In this document: positions 8,846 to 18,444 of the stretch, piece after piece
Layout of the letters: each line of letters opens with the position of its first letter
How positions within the stretch are numbered: position 1 is the first letter of the stretch
DNA from: Wolbachia endosymbiont of Onchocerca ochengi
Lineage (GTDB): Bacteria > Pseudomonadota > Alphaproteobacteria > Rickettsiales > Anaplasmataceae
Length of the DNA stretch: 32,000 bases
Reading direction: 5' to 3'
Assembly (NCBI RefSeq): GCF_000306885.1
Contig: NC_018267.1
Span: 360,001 to 392,000 of the forward strand
Notes under the pieces: model-generated
The model's input: only the letters and a program-made list of their open reading frames with translations
Database searches by the model: none
What the model was told of the DNA's origin: nothing
Position numbers and translations under genes: made by a program

Positions 8846-10096
8846 TTAAAAATTAAAAAACTCAAATTTTCTTCTCACAAAATTTGCCACTAAATTTAGA
8901 GCAAATAACATTATCAGTAAAGCTATAATTGCAATAGCAGCAAGTTCAATAAACGCAATTTCAGGACTACTTGACCATATGTATATTTGTACAGGTAAAA
9001 CAGTTGCTGGATCGAAAAAGGATACAGGCGTATCAGCGATAAATGCTACCGTACCCACCATAAGCAAAGGAGAAGATTCACCTAAAACTCTTGCAACCGC
9101 AAGCATAGTACCATGTATTATTCTTGGTAACGCAATCGGCAAAGAGTGATCTAATATTACCTTGATATGAGGAGCCCCAAGAGCAAAAGCTGCATCCTTT
9201 ATCGTAATAGGAACATTTGCAAAGGCATTTTTTGTTGCAATTATAATATTAGGCAACATCATAAATGAAAGAGTCATTCCACTAACAATTGGCGAAGAAC
9301 GAGGTAGTTCAAATATGCCAAGATAGAGGGTTAGGCCTACTACTCCAAATATTATTGAAGGTACTGCAGCCAAATTATTTATACTAACCTCTACAATATT
9401 AGTCATTACACTATTTCTTGACATAAACTCATGAAGATAAACACCTGACATAATTCCTATTGGTAATGCTAAAGCTAAGCATACCATAATCGTCATTAAA
9501 GAGCCAACAAATGCTCCTAAAATTCCTGCATTTTCAGGTTCACGAGAATCAGATTTAAGAAACAAAGATTTATTAAAGAATTTTTTTACCCTTTTCTTCT
9601 CTTTTAGCCAGTTAAGTAATTTAGCGTGATGATCATTAAAATACTTATTCTTATTTATTGAATTAATTATACTTGATGCGGTAAACCAGATTTCATATTT
9701 ACCACCATACTCCACTTTTCTACAAAAAAAGTTCTCTAACTCCTTATAAGAACTACGACTCAGAATCTCGTCACTATTTTTAAAATCAGTTCCTTTAAAT
9801 ACTCTACGCAGTGAATCATTAAGTAGTTCAATGGATTTGTATCTTAAATCACTAGGACTACCCGCTAAAAAAAAATCAGAGTTTACTTCTATTGGCAATA
9901 AAATTTTTGTTATTGTTAAGGCGCTATAAGAGTTAATTAATATACTCAGCAATATACATATAGGACAACCAAGTGAAATAACTAACGTTATAAAAGAACA
10001 AAAATACAATACTCTATTTCTTTTATTTTTCTTTTTTATACGAGTGTGTACACGCCTGGAGCGAAGCAACCTAAGGAATTTTGTCTCTATGCTCAT
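8846..10096 (-). CDS. pstA: Phosphate ABC transporter permease PstA
   Basis: 416 aa; GALVGS/GAFVGSL...LALPIGIMSGVYLHEF, NNLAAVPSIIFGVVGL, LPNIIIATKNAF, HSLPIALPRIIHGTMLAVARVLGESSPLLMVG. Confidence 0.9.
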   Translation of the reverse strand: MSIETKFLRLLRSRRVHTRIKKKNKRNRVLYFCSFITLVISLGCPICILLSILINSYSALTITKILLPIEVNSDFFLAGSPSDLRYKSIELLNDSLRRVFKGTDFKNSDEILSRSSYKELENFFCRKVEYGGKYEIWFTASSIINSINKNKYFNDHHAKLLNWLKEKKRVKKFFNKSLFLKSDSREPENAGILGAFVGSLMTIMVCLALALPIGIMSGVYLHEFMSRNSVMTNIVEVSINNLAAVPSIIFGVVGLTLYLGIFELPRSSPIVSGMTLSFMMLPNIIIATKNAFANVPITIKDAAFALGAPHIKVILDHSLPIALPRIIHGTMLAVARVLGESSPLLMVGTVAFIADTPVSFFDPATVLPVQIYIWSSSPEIAFIELAAIAIIALLIMLFALNLVANFVRRKFEFFNF

Positions 10097-10209
10097 TTTA
10101 TAACTATTCTAAATAAGATATTCTCTCATATTAAATACTAATACCTTTTTTGTCACCTTAGTGCTCACATTATTGTATGATGTTGACGTCAAAACTCCAT
10201 TTCACTCAC

Positions 10210-10584
10210 CTAGACCCTATCGCTTTTATAAGTAGTACGCTCTTTTATTCTCGCAGACTTTCCAAATAGTTTACATAAGTAATACAGCTTTGCTCTACGA
10301 ACCTTTCCCTTCCTTGTTACTTGAACTGAAACTAACGTAGGAGAACAAACAAAAAATTGGGATACTATACTTTCCTCATAACTCACTTTCCTAACCGTAA
10401 AAGAAGAGTGTAATCCACGATTCCTCTTCGATATACATACACCTTCAAATATTTGGATACGCTCACTTGCACCGTCAACTATTTTAAAAGTGACCTTTAA
10501 ATCATCACCAGAACGAAACTCTGGTACTTTTTTAATTAGCATTTCCATTTGTTTATTATTAAACTTTTCAAGTAAATTTATCAT
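10210..10584 (-). CDS. rplS: 50S ribosomal protein L19
   Basis: 124 aa; [67 protein letters not shown]. Confidence 0.97.
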   Translation of the reverse strand: MINLLEKFNNKQMEMLIKKVPEFRSGDDLKVTFKIVDGASERIQIFEGVCISKRNRGLHSSFTVRKVSYEESIVSQFFVCSPTLVSVQVTRKGKVRRAKLYYLCKLFGKSARIKERTTYKSDRV

Positions 10585-11275
10585 TTATTTCTCCACCTAA
10601 TAATTCAGGTCTACGTCTCTTTGTTATAATTTGAGACTGCCTCTGCCTCCAATCATTTATTTTTTCATGGTCACCAGACAACAAAACTTCAGGGACTTTA
10701 CGTTTTCTCCATTGCTTAGGTCTAGTATATTGAGGATACTCAAGTATACCACCAGTATAACTAAAACTTTCTTCAATAAGACTATCTGAATTACCTATTA
10801 CTCCAGGAAGAAGCCTAACACATGTATCAATAACCACCATAGCAGCTGGTTCACCTCCTGAAAGGATATAATCTCCAATACTTAATTCATAAGGAGTATA
10901 CTCATCAATCACCCTCTGGTCAATACCCTCAAATCGACCACACAATATTGTTATGTGAGAGAATTTTATTAATTCTCTTGCAACATTCTGATTAAATTTT
11001 GTGCCAGATGGAGTCATATAAATAAATCTAGTATTCTTATGGGCAGAAAAAACACTATCAACTGCACTACCAATCACATCGGGACGCATAATCATTCCTG
11101 CTCCACCTCCATATGGAACATCGTCTACTGTTGAATGTTTATCTTCAGCAAAAAAACGTATATCTACTACTTCAAGGTTCCATATTTTTTTTTCTAACGC
11201 TTTTCCAGCAAGAGAATACTCTAGGAACCCAGGAAGCATCTCCGGAAATATGGTTAATATTGTAATATTGAACAT
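10568..11275 (-). CDS. trmD: tRNA (guanine-N1)-methyltransferase
   Basis: 235 aa; [69 protein letters not shown]. Overlaps rplS by 17 nt. Confidence 0.98.
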   Translation of the reverse strand: MFNITILTIFPEMLPGFLEYSLAGKALEKKIWNLEVVDIRFFAEDKHSTVDDVPYGGGAGMIMRPDVIGSAVDSVFSAHKNTRFIYMTPSGTKFNQNVARELIKFSHITILCGRFEGIDQRVIDEYTPYELSIGDYILSGGEPAAMVVIDTCVRLLPGVIGNSDSLIEESFSYTGGILEYPQYTRPKQWRKRKVPEVLLSGDHEKINDWRQRQSQIITKRRRPELLGGEINDKFT

Positions 11276-11343
11276 CTTTATAGATTTGTAGCAAACCTAA
11301 GTAGAAATTGATATAATGTTTATAATACATAGTCAAACCATTT

Positions 11344-12066
11344 ATGCTACCAGGTAAAATAATATATGAAGGTAAAGCTAAGTCTATTATTGAAACTAAA
11401 GACCCATTAACCGTGATACAGCACTTCAAAGACGATGTTACAGCATTTAATAAAAAAAAACATGAGGTTATTAAAGGTAAGGGAATAATCAATAATTTTA
11501 TCAGTGCTTTCATTATGGAAAAACTTGAGAAAATGGTAATTAATACACACTTTATAAAAACTCTAAACGAAAGAGAACAGCTAGTTAAAAAACTAAAAAT
11601 TGTACCTCTTGAGGTAGTAGTGAGAAACATTGCAGCAGGAAGTTTTTGTAAGCGCTTTAATATAAAAGAAGGTAAAAGACTTACATCTCCTATAATTGAG
11701 TTTTTTTATAAAAATGATAATCTAGCTGATCCAATGGTAAATGAAAACCATATCATATATTTTGGCTGGTTATCTCGTAAAGAAATAGAAAAAATTAAAA
11801 TTATAACCTTAAAAGCCAACACATTTCTAACAAACTTGTTTTCAAACGCAGGAATGGACCTGGTCGATATCAAATTAGAATTTGGCAGATTAATAAATAA
11901 CAGTACAAAAATCGTCTTAGCTGACGAGATTAGTCCTGATAATTGTAGATTCTGGGATAAAAATACACACAAAAAATTAGACAAAGATATTTTTCGTTTA
12001 AGCTTAGGGGACTTAAAAGAAGCATACTTAGAAGTTGCAAAAAGGTTGTCATTAAAGTTAGATTAA
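11344..12066 (+). CDS. purC: Phosphoribosylaminoimidazole-succinocarboxamide synthase
   Basis: 240 aa; IIYEGKAKSIIET, FKDDVTAFN, VPLEVVVRNIAAGS, LADEISPDNCRFWD. Confidence 0.97.
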   Translation: MLPGKIIYEGKAKSIIETKDPLTVIQHFKDDVTAFNKKKHEVIKGKGIINNFISAFIMEKLEKMVINTHFIKTLNEREQLVKKLKIVPLEVVVRNIAAGSFCKRFNIKEGKRLTSPIIEFFYKNDNLADPMVNENHIIYFGWLSRKEIEKIKIITLKANTFLTNLFSNAGMDLVDIKLEFGRLINNSTKIVLADEISPDNCRFWDKNTHKKLDKDIFRLSLGDLKEAYLEVAKRLSLKLD

Positions 12067-13100
12067 CTAAGTACTATTCTATCAAAGGAAGGGTCACATA
12101 CCTCATTGAGTCTTCCAATAATTTCAATTTTCTCCCCATGTTTTTGAAAATGATCTTTCACATTTTGCATATTCTCAGGATCCACGATCAATACCATACC
12201 AATACCACAATTAAATATCTTTAACATTTCTTTCTTTCCTATCTTGCCTTCTTCCATTAACCATAAAAATATATCTGGCCATTCCCAAGAACTAGTATCT
12301 ATATTTGCAAACAAATTTTTTGGAAGAATCCGTGGGATATTATCTACCAAGCTACCACCTGTGATATGTGCAATACCTTTTACTTGCGGTGTAATAGGTA
12401 ACAGAGAGTCAACATATATCTTTGTTGGCTTAAGTAACACTTCTCCCCAAAATTGGCTATTCCATGGAGATAAATCATTATAGCTTATACCTAAATCTCT
12501 AAAAACACAACGTACTAAAGAGAACCCATTTGAATGAATTCCACTTGACTCTAACCCAACTATATAATCACCAGCCTTCATTATACTATAATTCGGAAGA
12601 ATTTTACTTTTATCAATTATTCCAACTACAAATCCTGCAAGGTCATAATGATCATTGTCATACATTCCAGGCATCTCTGCAGTTTCCCCACCAACTAACC
12701 CTATCTTAGCTTTCTTACATCCCTCTACAATACCACAAACTACAGAAAGCAAAATATCTTTATTCAAAATACCAGTTGCAAAATAATCAAGAAAAAATAA
12801 AGGTGTTGCTCCTTGTGCAAGTAAGTCATTTACACACATTGCAACTAAATCTATACCTATAGTATCATGTTTATTTACTTCTTGAGCTATTAACAGCTTT
12901 GTACCTACCCCATCGGTTGAGGAAACTAATACAGGATGATTATAATTTTTAATTAACTTAGCAAAATCAAACAGTGCAGAAAAAGAACCTACCTCACTAA
13001 GTACTTCTTCCTTTTTAGTTTTCTCAACAATGAGTTTGACTTCTTTCATCAACTTATTATACAGTTCAAGGTCTACTCCCGATTTAGAATAGGTATTCAT
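12063..13100 (-). CDS. purM: Phosphoribosylformylglycinamidine cyclo-ligase
   Basis: 345 aa; VSSTDGVGTKLLIAQ, DLVAMCVNDLLAQGATPLFFLDYFA, GLVGGETAEMPGMY, GLESSGIHSNGFSLVR, AHITGGSLVDNIPRILP. Confidence 0.97.
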   Translation of the reverse strand: MNTYSKSGVDLELYNKLMKEVKLIVEKTKKEEVLSEVGSFSALFDFAKLIKNYNHPVLVSSTDGVGTKLLIAQEVNKHDTIGIDLVAMCVNDLLAQGATPLFFLDYFATGILNKDILLSVVCGIVEGCKKAKIGLVGGETAEMPGMYDNDHYDLAGFVVGIIDKSKILPNYSIMKAGDYIVGLESSGIHSNGFSLVRCVFRDLGISYNDLSPWNSQFWGEVLLKPTKIYVDSLLPITPQVKGIAHITGGSLVDNIPRILPKNLFANIDTSSWEWPDIFLWLMEEGKIGKKEMLKIFNCGIGMVLIVDPENMQNVKDHFQKHGEKIEIIGRLNEVCDPSFDRIVLS

Positions 13101-13233
13101 AATCTCTTTATAAACTTCATAGTTATTAATACTATATTAATAAGCCATCACAAAAAGTACAACGAAACTTCCTCTCAATTGACTATCACACATTTACCAA
13201 TATAGGGTAATTTAAATCATTTACAATCGCCTA

Positions 13234-13892
13234 ATGAATGAAAACATCAAAAACATGTTATTAATAACAGAATTACTGTCAGGACAGCTGCTTCATGACT
13301 TCGCTAATTCTATGAATGGAATAATGTTTGGCTTAGAAGAGTTTGAAGAATATAATAAGAATAATGACATTGCGTGCAAAGAAGCGTTGTCATTACTTAA
13401 AGAAAGTTCTGATGATTTAATAAATAAACATAAAGTTATGAAGCAAGCATATTCTTCTTCAGCAGATAATTACAATTTTGGCCAAACTAAATCTAACATT
13501 GAAAGTTACTTATTAAAAAAAAAGTAAAGTTTATGTGGGAGATAGACGAATATCCTGTAAAAGGTAAAGAAGATTTAATTGAAAAAATAAATAAGATAAT
13601 TTCTAATATGGCACTAACTATAGCTAGTGTAATAGCAGAAGTTGAATTAGTTTCTGTTTTATTAAGCCAAACAGAAGGTAAAACGTTATTAACTATAAAA
13701 ATTTTAAACAAGCACAAGTTAATGAGCAAATCTTTAGCAAACAAATTAACAAAAAAAGATAGTATTAATTTAAATGCAAAAGATGTTAATGTCTATATGA
13801 CTTCTCTATTACTAGAATATTATAACACTGAAATACATTGTTCTTGTAAAAATAATTTGCTAGAAATAGGTTTAGTTTTAACTCAAGGATAA
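13234..13892 (+). CDS. chpT: Histidine phosphotransferase ChpT-like protein, split by a -1 frame change at an A9 tract (ORFs 13234..13527 and 13533..13892)
   Basis: ORF1 has ELLSGQLLHDFANSMNGIMFGLEEFEE, matching the ChpT pattern ARLCHDFxSPxxAIxxGLxLLE. ORF2 continues the fold in the -1 frame: SYLLKKK-VKFMWEIDEYPVKGKEDLIEKINKIISNMALTIAS. Joining them gives about 219 aa, a normal ChpT length. Confidence 0.7.
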
Positions 13893-14050
13893 CCTCACAC
13901 TTTACAAAAAGCATCTACAAGCTTAAGTATTAGTATAGGAACTAAAGTTGTTCAGCATCTTTAAAGGAAGGCATACTCGCTTAGCGAGTATCAACACGTT
14001 GTAAACCCTCTTATCTAAAAATGAGACAATTTTTTATAAAGGAGACCAAT

Positions 14051-14866
14051 CTACTTTTTATAATCATTGAGGTCTAATATTATTCTATTAATGTAGCGCT
14101 CACTTGCATCCTTAATGATAAACTTTGCACCATTTTTATACTTGATAATTTCACCCTCAGAAGGCACCTTACCTGCAATTGAAAGAATTAATCCACCAAG
14201 CGTAACGTAATCCTCTTTTAGATCACGTAATTCTATTTTTAAACTTTCCTCTATATCTTTTATAAGAGCCCTCGCTGACACCTCAAATTCATTTTGAGAT
14301 AACTTAATAGTTGTGCATTCAAAAGATTCATTTTCACTATTAACGTTCGGTACTAATTTTTCTATAAGGTCGATCATTGAAATTAAACCATCAGTTCCAC
14401 CGTATTCGTCTAGTACAACAGCTAAGTGTGGTCTAGCAGACTTCATTTTAATAAAAAGGTTAGTAATCTTCATTGAAGGCGGAACAAATATTACGTTTTG
14501 CACAAGACTTTTCAAATCAAAAATCTCATTTTTATCAAAAAGAACATCTTTCACATAAAAGAATCCTATTATGTTATCAAAGTTGTTCTTATAAACCAGT
14601 ATCTTAGTGTGGTGAGTACTTCTTATCTTTTTTATTACTTCATGTTTACTTGACTCAATGTCTAACGCACATATTTCTGTACGTGGAGTCATTATATCAG
14701 TTATATTACAGTCATGAAATTTCAGCAAATCATTGAATATATTAAAACCTGGCAGATTTTTCATTAGTACTTCGATTGCACATTTTCTCAGCATACGAAA
14801 TCTCCCGAAAAGAAACAGAAAGACTTTACACACAATCTTTTCTCCTAAAGTCCTTTTTTTATTCAA
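14051..14866 (-). CDS. CBS-domain protein, CorC/TlyC (hemolysin C) family
   Basis: 271 aa; ITDIMTPRTEICALD, HTKILVYKNNFDNIIGFFYVKDVL, FVPPSMKITNLFIKMKSARPHLAVVLDEYGGTDGLISMIDLIEKLV. Confidence 0.92.
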   Translation of the reverse strand: MNKKRTLGEKIVCKVFLFLFGRFRMLRKCAIEVLMKNLPGFNIFNDLLKFHDCNITDIMTPRTEICALDIESSKHEVIKKIRSTHHTKILVYKNNFDNIIGFFYVKDVLFDKNEIFDLKSLVQNVIFVPPSMKITNLFIKMKSARPHLAVVLDEYGGTDGLISMIDLIEKLVPNVNSENESFECTTIKLSQNEFEVSARALIKDIEESLKIELRDLKEDYVTLGGLILSIAGKVPSEGEIIKYKNGAKFIIKDASERYINRIILDLNDYKK

Positions 14867-15254
14867 GTTACTTCCTGTAATAGATAAAACACTTTCATAT
14901 TAGATTTATCAAGAAAACTGTTGTCAAATATTTAATAAGTGTGTGAATAACATTAAATTAATCTGTGAGTTATATGTTGATATAAGATATTAACAGTTTC
15001 TCAACAACTTTCTCACCAGCATATACATAGCTATGTAACAACACACAACAAAAAAAAATTTTTCATAAAAAGAGATTGCCAATAATTTAAACATTTCACT
15101 TATACACACGGTTTACAATAGAAAGCCAATAACGTACTAAAGTTATTAACATACTTATCTACAAGTGAGACAAAGAGAGTTATCATTAACCTTTAAACTA
15201 GCAACAAATTATTAAGAATCTATTATTATTATATATATACCTTTTATGTAAAAA
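14867..15254. other. oriC: Probable chromosomal replication origin (oriC)
   Basis: Sits between the divergent CBS-domain gene and hemE, the arrangement described for Wolbachia and related Anaplasmataceae. Carries two exact DnaA boxes (TGTGAATAA 14942-14950; TTATACACA 15100-15108), a one-mismatch box (TTATCTACA 15155-15163), and an AT-rich stretch ATTATTAAGAATCTATTATTATTATATATATAC just before hemE. Confidence 0.75.
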
Positions 15255-16265
15255 ATGAGTAAATCAATAATAGCAAGAATTATTAGAGATAGTAAACAAG
15301 TCGAAAAAACACCAATTTGGTTAATGCGTCAGGCAGGTAGATCTCTCCCAGAGTATCATAAAGCAATGGAAGGTGTGAGCAACTTTATGAAAGCATGCTA
15401 TAACACAGATCTAATTACAAAACTAACACTCCAACCAGTAACAAGATTCAATATGGACGCAGCCATAATTTTTTCAGATATCTTAGTAATAGCTGATGTT
15501 TTAGGGTGTGATATAAATTTCGTACGTGGCATAGGTCCAGTAATAAAGCCTATAGAAAACCCTAAAGAGTTAACTGATTTAGAGAAAATTGAGACTAAAA
15601 CTTTGCCAATTCTAAATGCTATAAAAAAAGTAAGGTATGAATTATCAGAGGAAAAGTCCCTTATAGGATTTGCTGGGGGACCATGGACAATAGCTTCATA
15701 CATTATAGAAGGTAGAAACAATAGAACTTTCTACAAAGCGCTAAATTTTTGTTCCTCAAAATTGGAAAAAATAATTGAACAAATAACAGAAGCAACGATT
15801 ATTTATCTAACTAAACAAATAGAGTATGGAGTGGACGTTATTCAGCTATTTGATAGTAATGCTGGCATTCTTTCAGAAAAATTATTTAAAAAATATATCA
15901 TTAAGCCAACAAGAGAGATTGTCTTAGCAATAAAAGATAAATTTTCAGATTTTCCGATAATAGGTTTCCCAAAATCTGCTGGAAAGCTCTACAAAGATTA
16001 CTGTCAACAGACTAGTATATCCGCGATAAGCATAGATTATGACATTTCAGTAGAATGGGCAAAGACAAATCTAAAAGTTCCTTTACAAGGTAATCTTAAT
16101 CCTAGTCTTTTAGCCTACGATCAAGCAGGGGCAATTAAAGAAGCAAAACATATAATAGATTGCTTTAGAGATTTACCTTTCATATTTAATCTTGGGCATG
16201 GAGTGCTTCCTGATACTCCAGTTGAAAATATTGCTGCATTAGTGAATCTAGTAAAAAACTATTAA
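15255..16265 (+). CDS. hemE: Uroporphyrinogen decarboxylase
   Basis: 336 aa; [59 protein letters not shown]. Confidence 0.98.
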   Translation: MSKSIIARIIRDSKQVEKTPIWLMRQAGRSLPEYHKAMEGVSNFMKACYNTDLITKLTLQPVTRFNMDAAIIFSDILVIADVLGCDINFVRGIGPVIKPIENPKELTDLEKIETKTLPILNAIKKVRYELSEEKSLIGFAGGPWTIASYIIEGRNNRTFYKALNFCSSKLEKIIEQITEATIIYLTKQIEYGVDVIQLFDSNAGILSEKLFKKYIIKPTREIVLAIKDKFSDFPIIGFPKSAGKLYKDYCQQTSISAISIDYDISVEWAKTNLKVPLQGNLNPSLLAYDQAGAIKEAKHIIDCFRDLPFIFNLGHGVLPDTPVENIAALVNLVKNY

Positions 16266-16334
16266 CACGATAACGAAATCTCTGGCTTTTTTGTTAAACG
16301 AGGTTTATTATTTGGATTTGGCTTCAGTAAGATT

Positions 16335-17528
16335 ATGTTAGAACTCGCAAAAAGAATGTCTTTAATAAAACTATCACCTACAATTGCTGTAACTGATAAG
16401 GTAAATAGACTAAAAAGTCAAGGAAAAGAGATCTGTGTTTTAGCTGCAGGGGAACCAGACTTTGATACTCCAGGTCATATAAAGAAAGCAGCTATCCAAG
16501 CAATAAATGAAGGTAAAACTAAGTATACTGCTGTTGATGGAACCCGTGAGCTTAAAGGAGCGATAATTGACAAGCTAAAAAGGGACAACGATCTTGAATA
16601 TACGCCTAGCCAAATCTGTGTTGGTGCTGGTGCTAAGCAAGTACTGTTTAACTTGCTTATGGCAACGATTAACCCTGAAGATGAAGCTGTAATTCCAGCT
16701 CCTTGCTGGGTTTCGTACGTTGATATGGTAAGCTTTTTTGGCGGCTTACCAGTTATGGCAGAATGCAAGGAAAACTTTAAACTGACATCAGAGTTATTGA
16801 GAAGTAAGATAACTGAAAAGACTAAATGGTTAATTCTCAATTCGCCAAATAATCCAGCAGGAGTTGTATATACATATGACGAATTGAAGAAAATAGCACA
16901 AATATTGCTTGAGCATCCACACGTGAACATTATTACGGATGATATTTACGAACACATAGTATACGATGGAAAGTTTTTTACTATTGCTCAGGTTGAGCCA
17001 AGGCTCTATGACAGAGTTTTTGTAGTTAATGGAGTATCAAAAGCTTATGCAATGACAGGTTGGAGAATAGGTTATGTTGCTGGTAGAAGTGATGTAGTAA
17101 AAGCTATTTCTATACTGCAGTCTCAGAGTACTTCAAATCCAAATTCAATAGCACAGGCAGCAGCGGTTGAAGCATTAAATGGTAATCATGATTTTCTAAA
17201 AGAAAGGATAAAAATTTTTAAAAATCGCAGAGATTTTGTGGCTGAAAAATTGGGCTCCGTTCCAGGGTTGTCGGTGTTTATTCCACAAGGTGCGTTCTAC
17301 TTGTTTATTTCGTGTGAAAATCTGTTGGGTAAGAGTACAAAAAACGGTAAAGTAATAAATAATGATCTTGATTTTGCTGAGTATTTGTTAGAAGACCATT
17401 TAGTTGCTGTGATTCCAGGGGTTGCGTTTAGTCTGAAAAACTTTATTAGAGTTTCTTATGCGACTTCTCAGGAGCAACTAGAGATTGGGTGTAATAGTAT
17501 TGTAAAAGCATGTGAGATGCTAAGTTAG
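16335..17528 (+). CDS. aspC: Class I/II pyridoxal-phosphate aminotransferase (aspartate aminotransferase family)
   Basis: 397 aa; LAAGEPDFDTP, KTKYTAVDGTRELK, NSPNNPAGVVY, VNGVSKAYAMTGWRIGY. Confidence 0.93.
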   Translation: MLELAKRMSLIKLSPTIAVTDKVNRLKSQGKEICVLAAGEPDFDTPGHIKKAAIQAINEGKTKYTAVDGTRELKGAIIDKLKRDNDLEYTPSQICVGAGAKQVLFNLLMATINPEDEAVIPAPCWVSYVDMVSFFGGLPVMAECKENFKLTSELLRSKITEKTKWLILNSPNNPAGVVYTYDELKKIAQILLEHPHVNIITDDIYEHIVYDGKFFTIAQVEPRLYDRVFVVNGVSKAYAMTGWRIGYVAGRSDVVKAISILQSQSTSNPNSIAQAAAVEALNGNHDFLKERIKIFKNRRDFVAEKLGSVPGLSVFIPQGAFYLFISCENLLGKSTKNGKVINNDLDFAEYLLEDHLVAVIPGVAFSLKNFIRVSYATSQEQLEIGCNSIVKACEMLS

Positions 17529-18099
17529 CTATTCTGTATTTCCTTGTGTTAATAAAATAAATCTAATATATGATATATTTAGTATTAGCTAGCTTATTTT
17601 AAGTGGTATAGAATTGTACCTCTAAAATAATAGTAATATGGCTTTTTTTTTATTATCCTTTCTATAGGAACCGTTCTAGTTTATAGCTTTGTAAGTCTTT
17701 ATTTTGTCTTATTGGCGATAAGTATAGTATGTTTCTTTTTATACATCTTGCATAATTTAGATTAGCGTAAGTTATATAGGTATAATAATGATGGGAATAA
17801 ATGTTTTTTAATGATCTAGTTAATTTTAGACCGTTTAATTTTTTCTTACTTTGGTAACGTTCAATATTTTAGGCTTGAAGGTTTTGCTAATAAATGATTA
17901 GAAATTAGTTGTAACCAAAAATCAGAGCAAAGTAAGTTAGGAAATTTGTTTTCCTATGTTAGTAATGTTTACTAGAAGTTATCTTTAGCTTTCTAACTTG
18001 TAAAGAAAGCCGTACCCCATTAATCAAATGAACACATTTTTTATGTTTAGCTTCTCATTTTTCTTATTTTGTTAAATCAAGTTTATGTTGTTTATCTTA

Positions 18100-18390
18100 T
18101 TTGCTAAATTTTCTCCTTTAGATTTTTTAAATAGCTTCCGTTGATGTGATGTTTACTATTGAATTTTGTAATGACTTCTTTCTTTTTTAGGTAAGTGCTT
18201 AGAAGTTTTAGCACTTAGTGTTTAGCAAAAACCTAAACAAATTTTTATCAAGCCTTAAATCTTTATATAGACTTTCTAAATCTTTATCATAGTGCTTTGC
18301 TTGATTTACGATGATTTTATTATTTCTTCTATCTTGCTTAAAAGCTCTCTATTTAGTCTATCATGTCTGTTACCTAGATGGTGTGTTAGG
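18100..18390 (-). pseudogene. Decayed coiled-coil-like coding remnant
   Basis: Adjacent minus-strand frames: RHDRLNRELLSKIEEIIKSS*, VNQAKHYDKDLESLYKDLRLDKNLFRFLLNTKC*, TYLKKKEVITKFNSKHHINGSYLKNLKEKI*. Confidence 0.3.
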
Positions 18391-18444
18391 TGTCTTACTT
18401 AATACTTTCATATGTGATTTTGTAGTATATTGTTTGTTGTTTTT

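Noticed and set aside
10183-10192. Palindrome TTGACGTCAA between rplS and pstA
   Set aside because: Ten bp is too short to treat as significant without genome-wide counts.
11172-11630. Minus-strand ORF of 152 aa
   Set aside because: Covers the 3' and 5' parts of two opposed genes (trmD and purC), has no family match and is antisense to purC over most of its length.
13493-13744. Minus-strand ORF of 83 aa
   Set aside because: Antisense to the chpT-like gene, whose fold-level match is much stronger.
14867-15254. CtrA sites (TTAA-N7-TTAA) inside the proposed oriC
   Set aside because: Several TTAA motifs are present, but I could not find a pair with exact N7 spacing, so no CtrA site is claimed.
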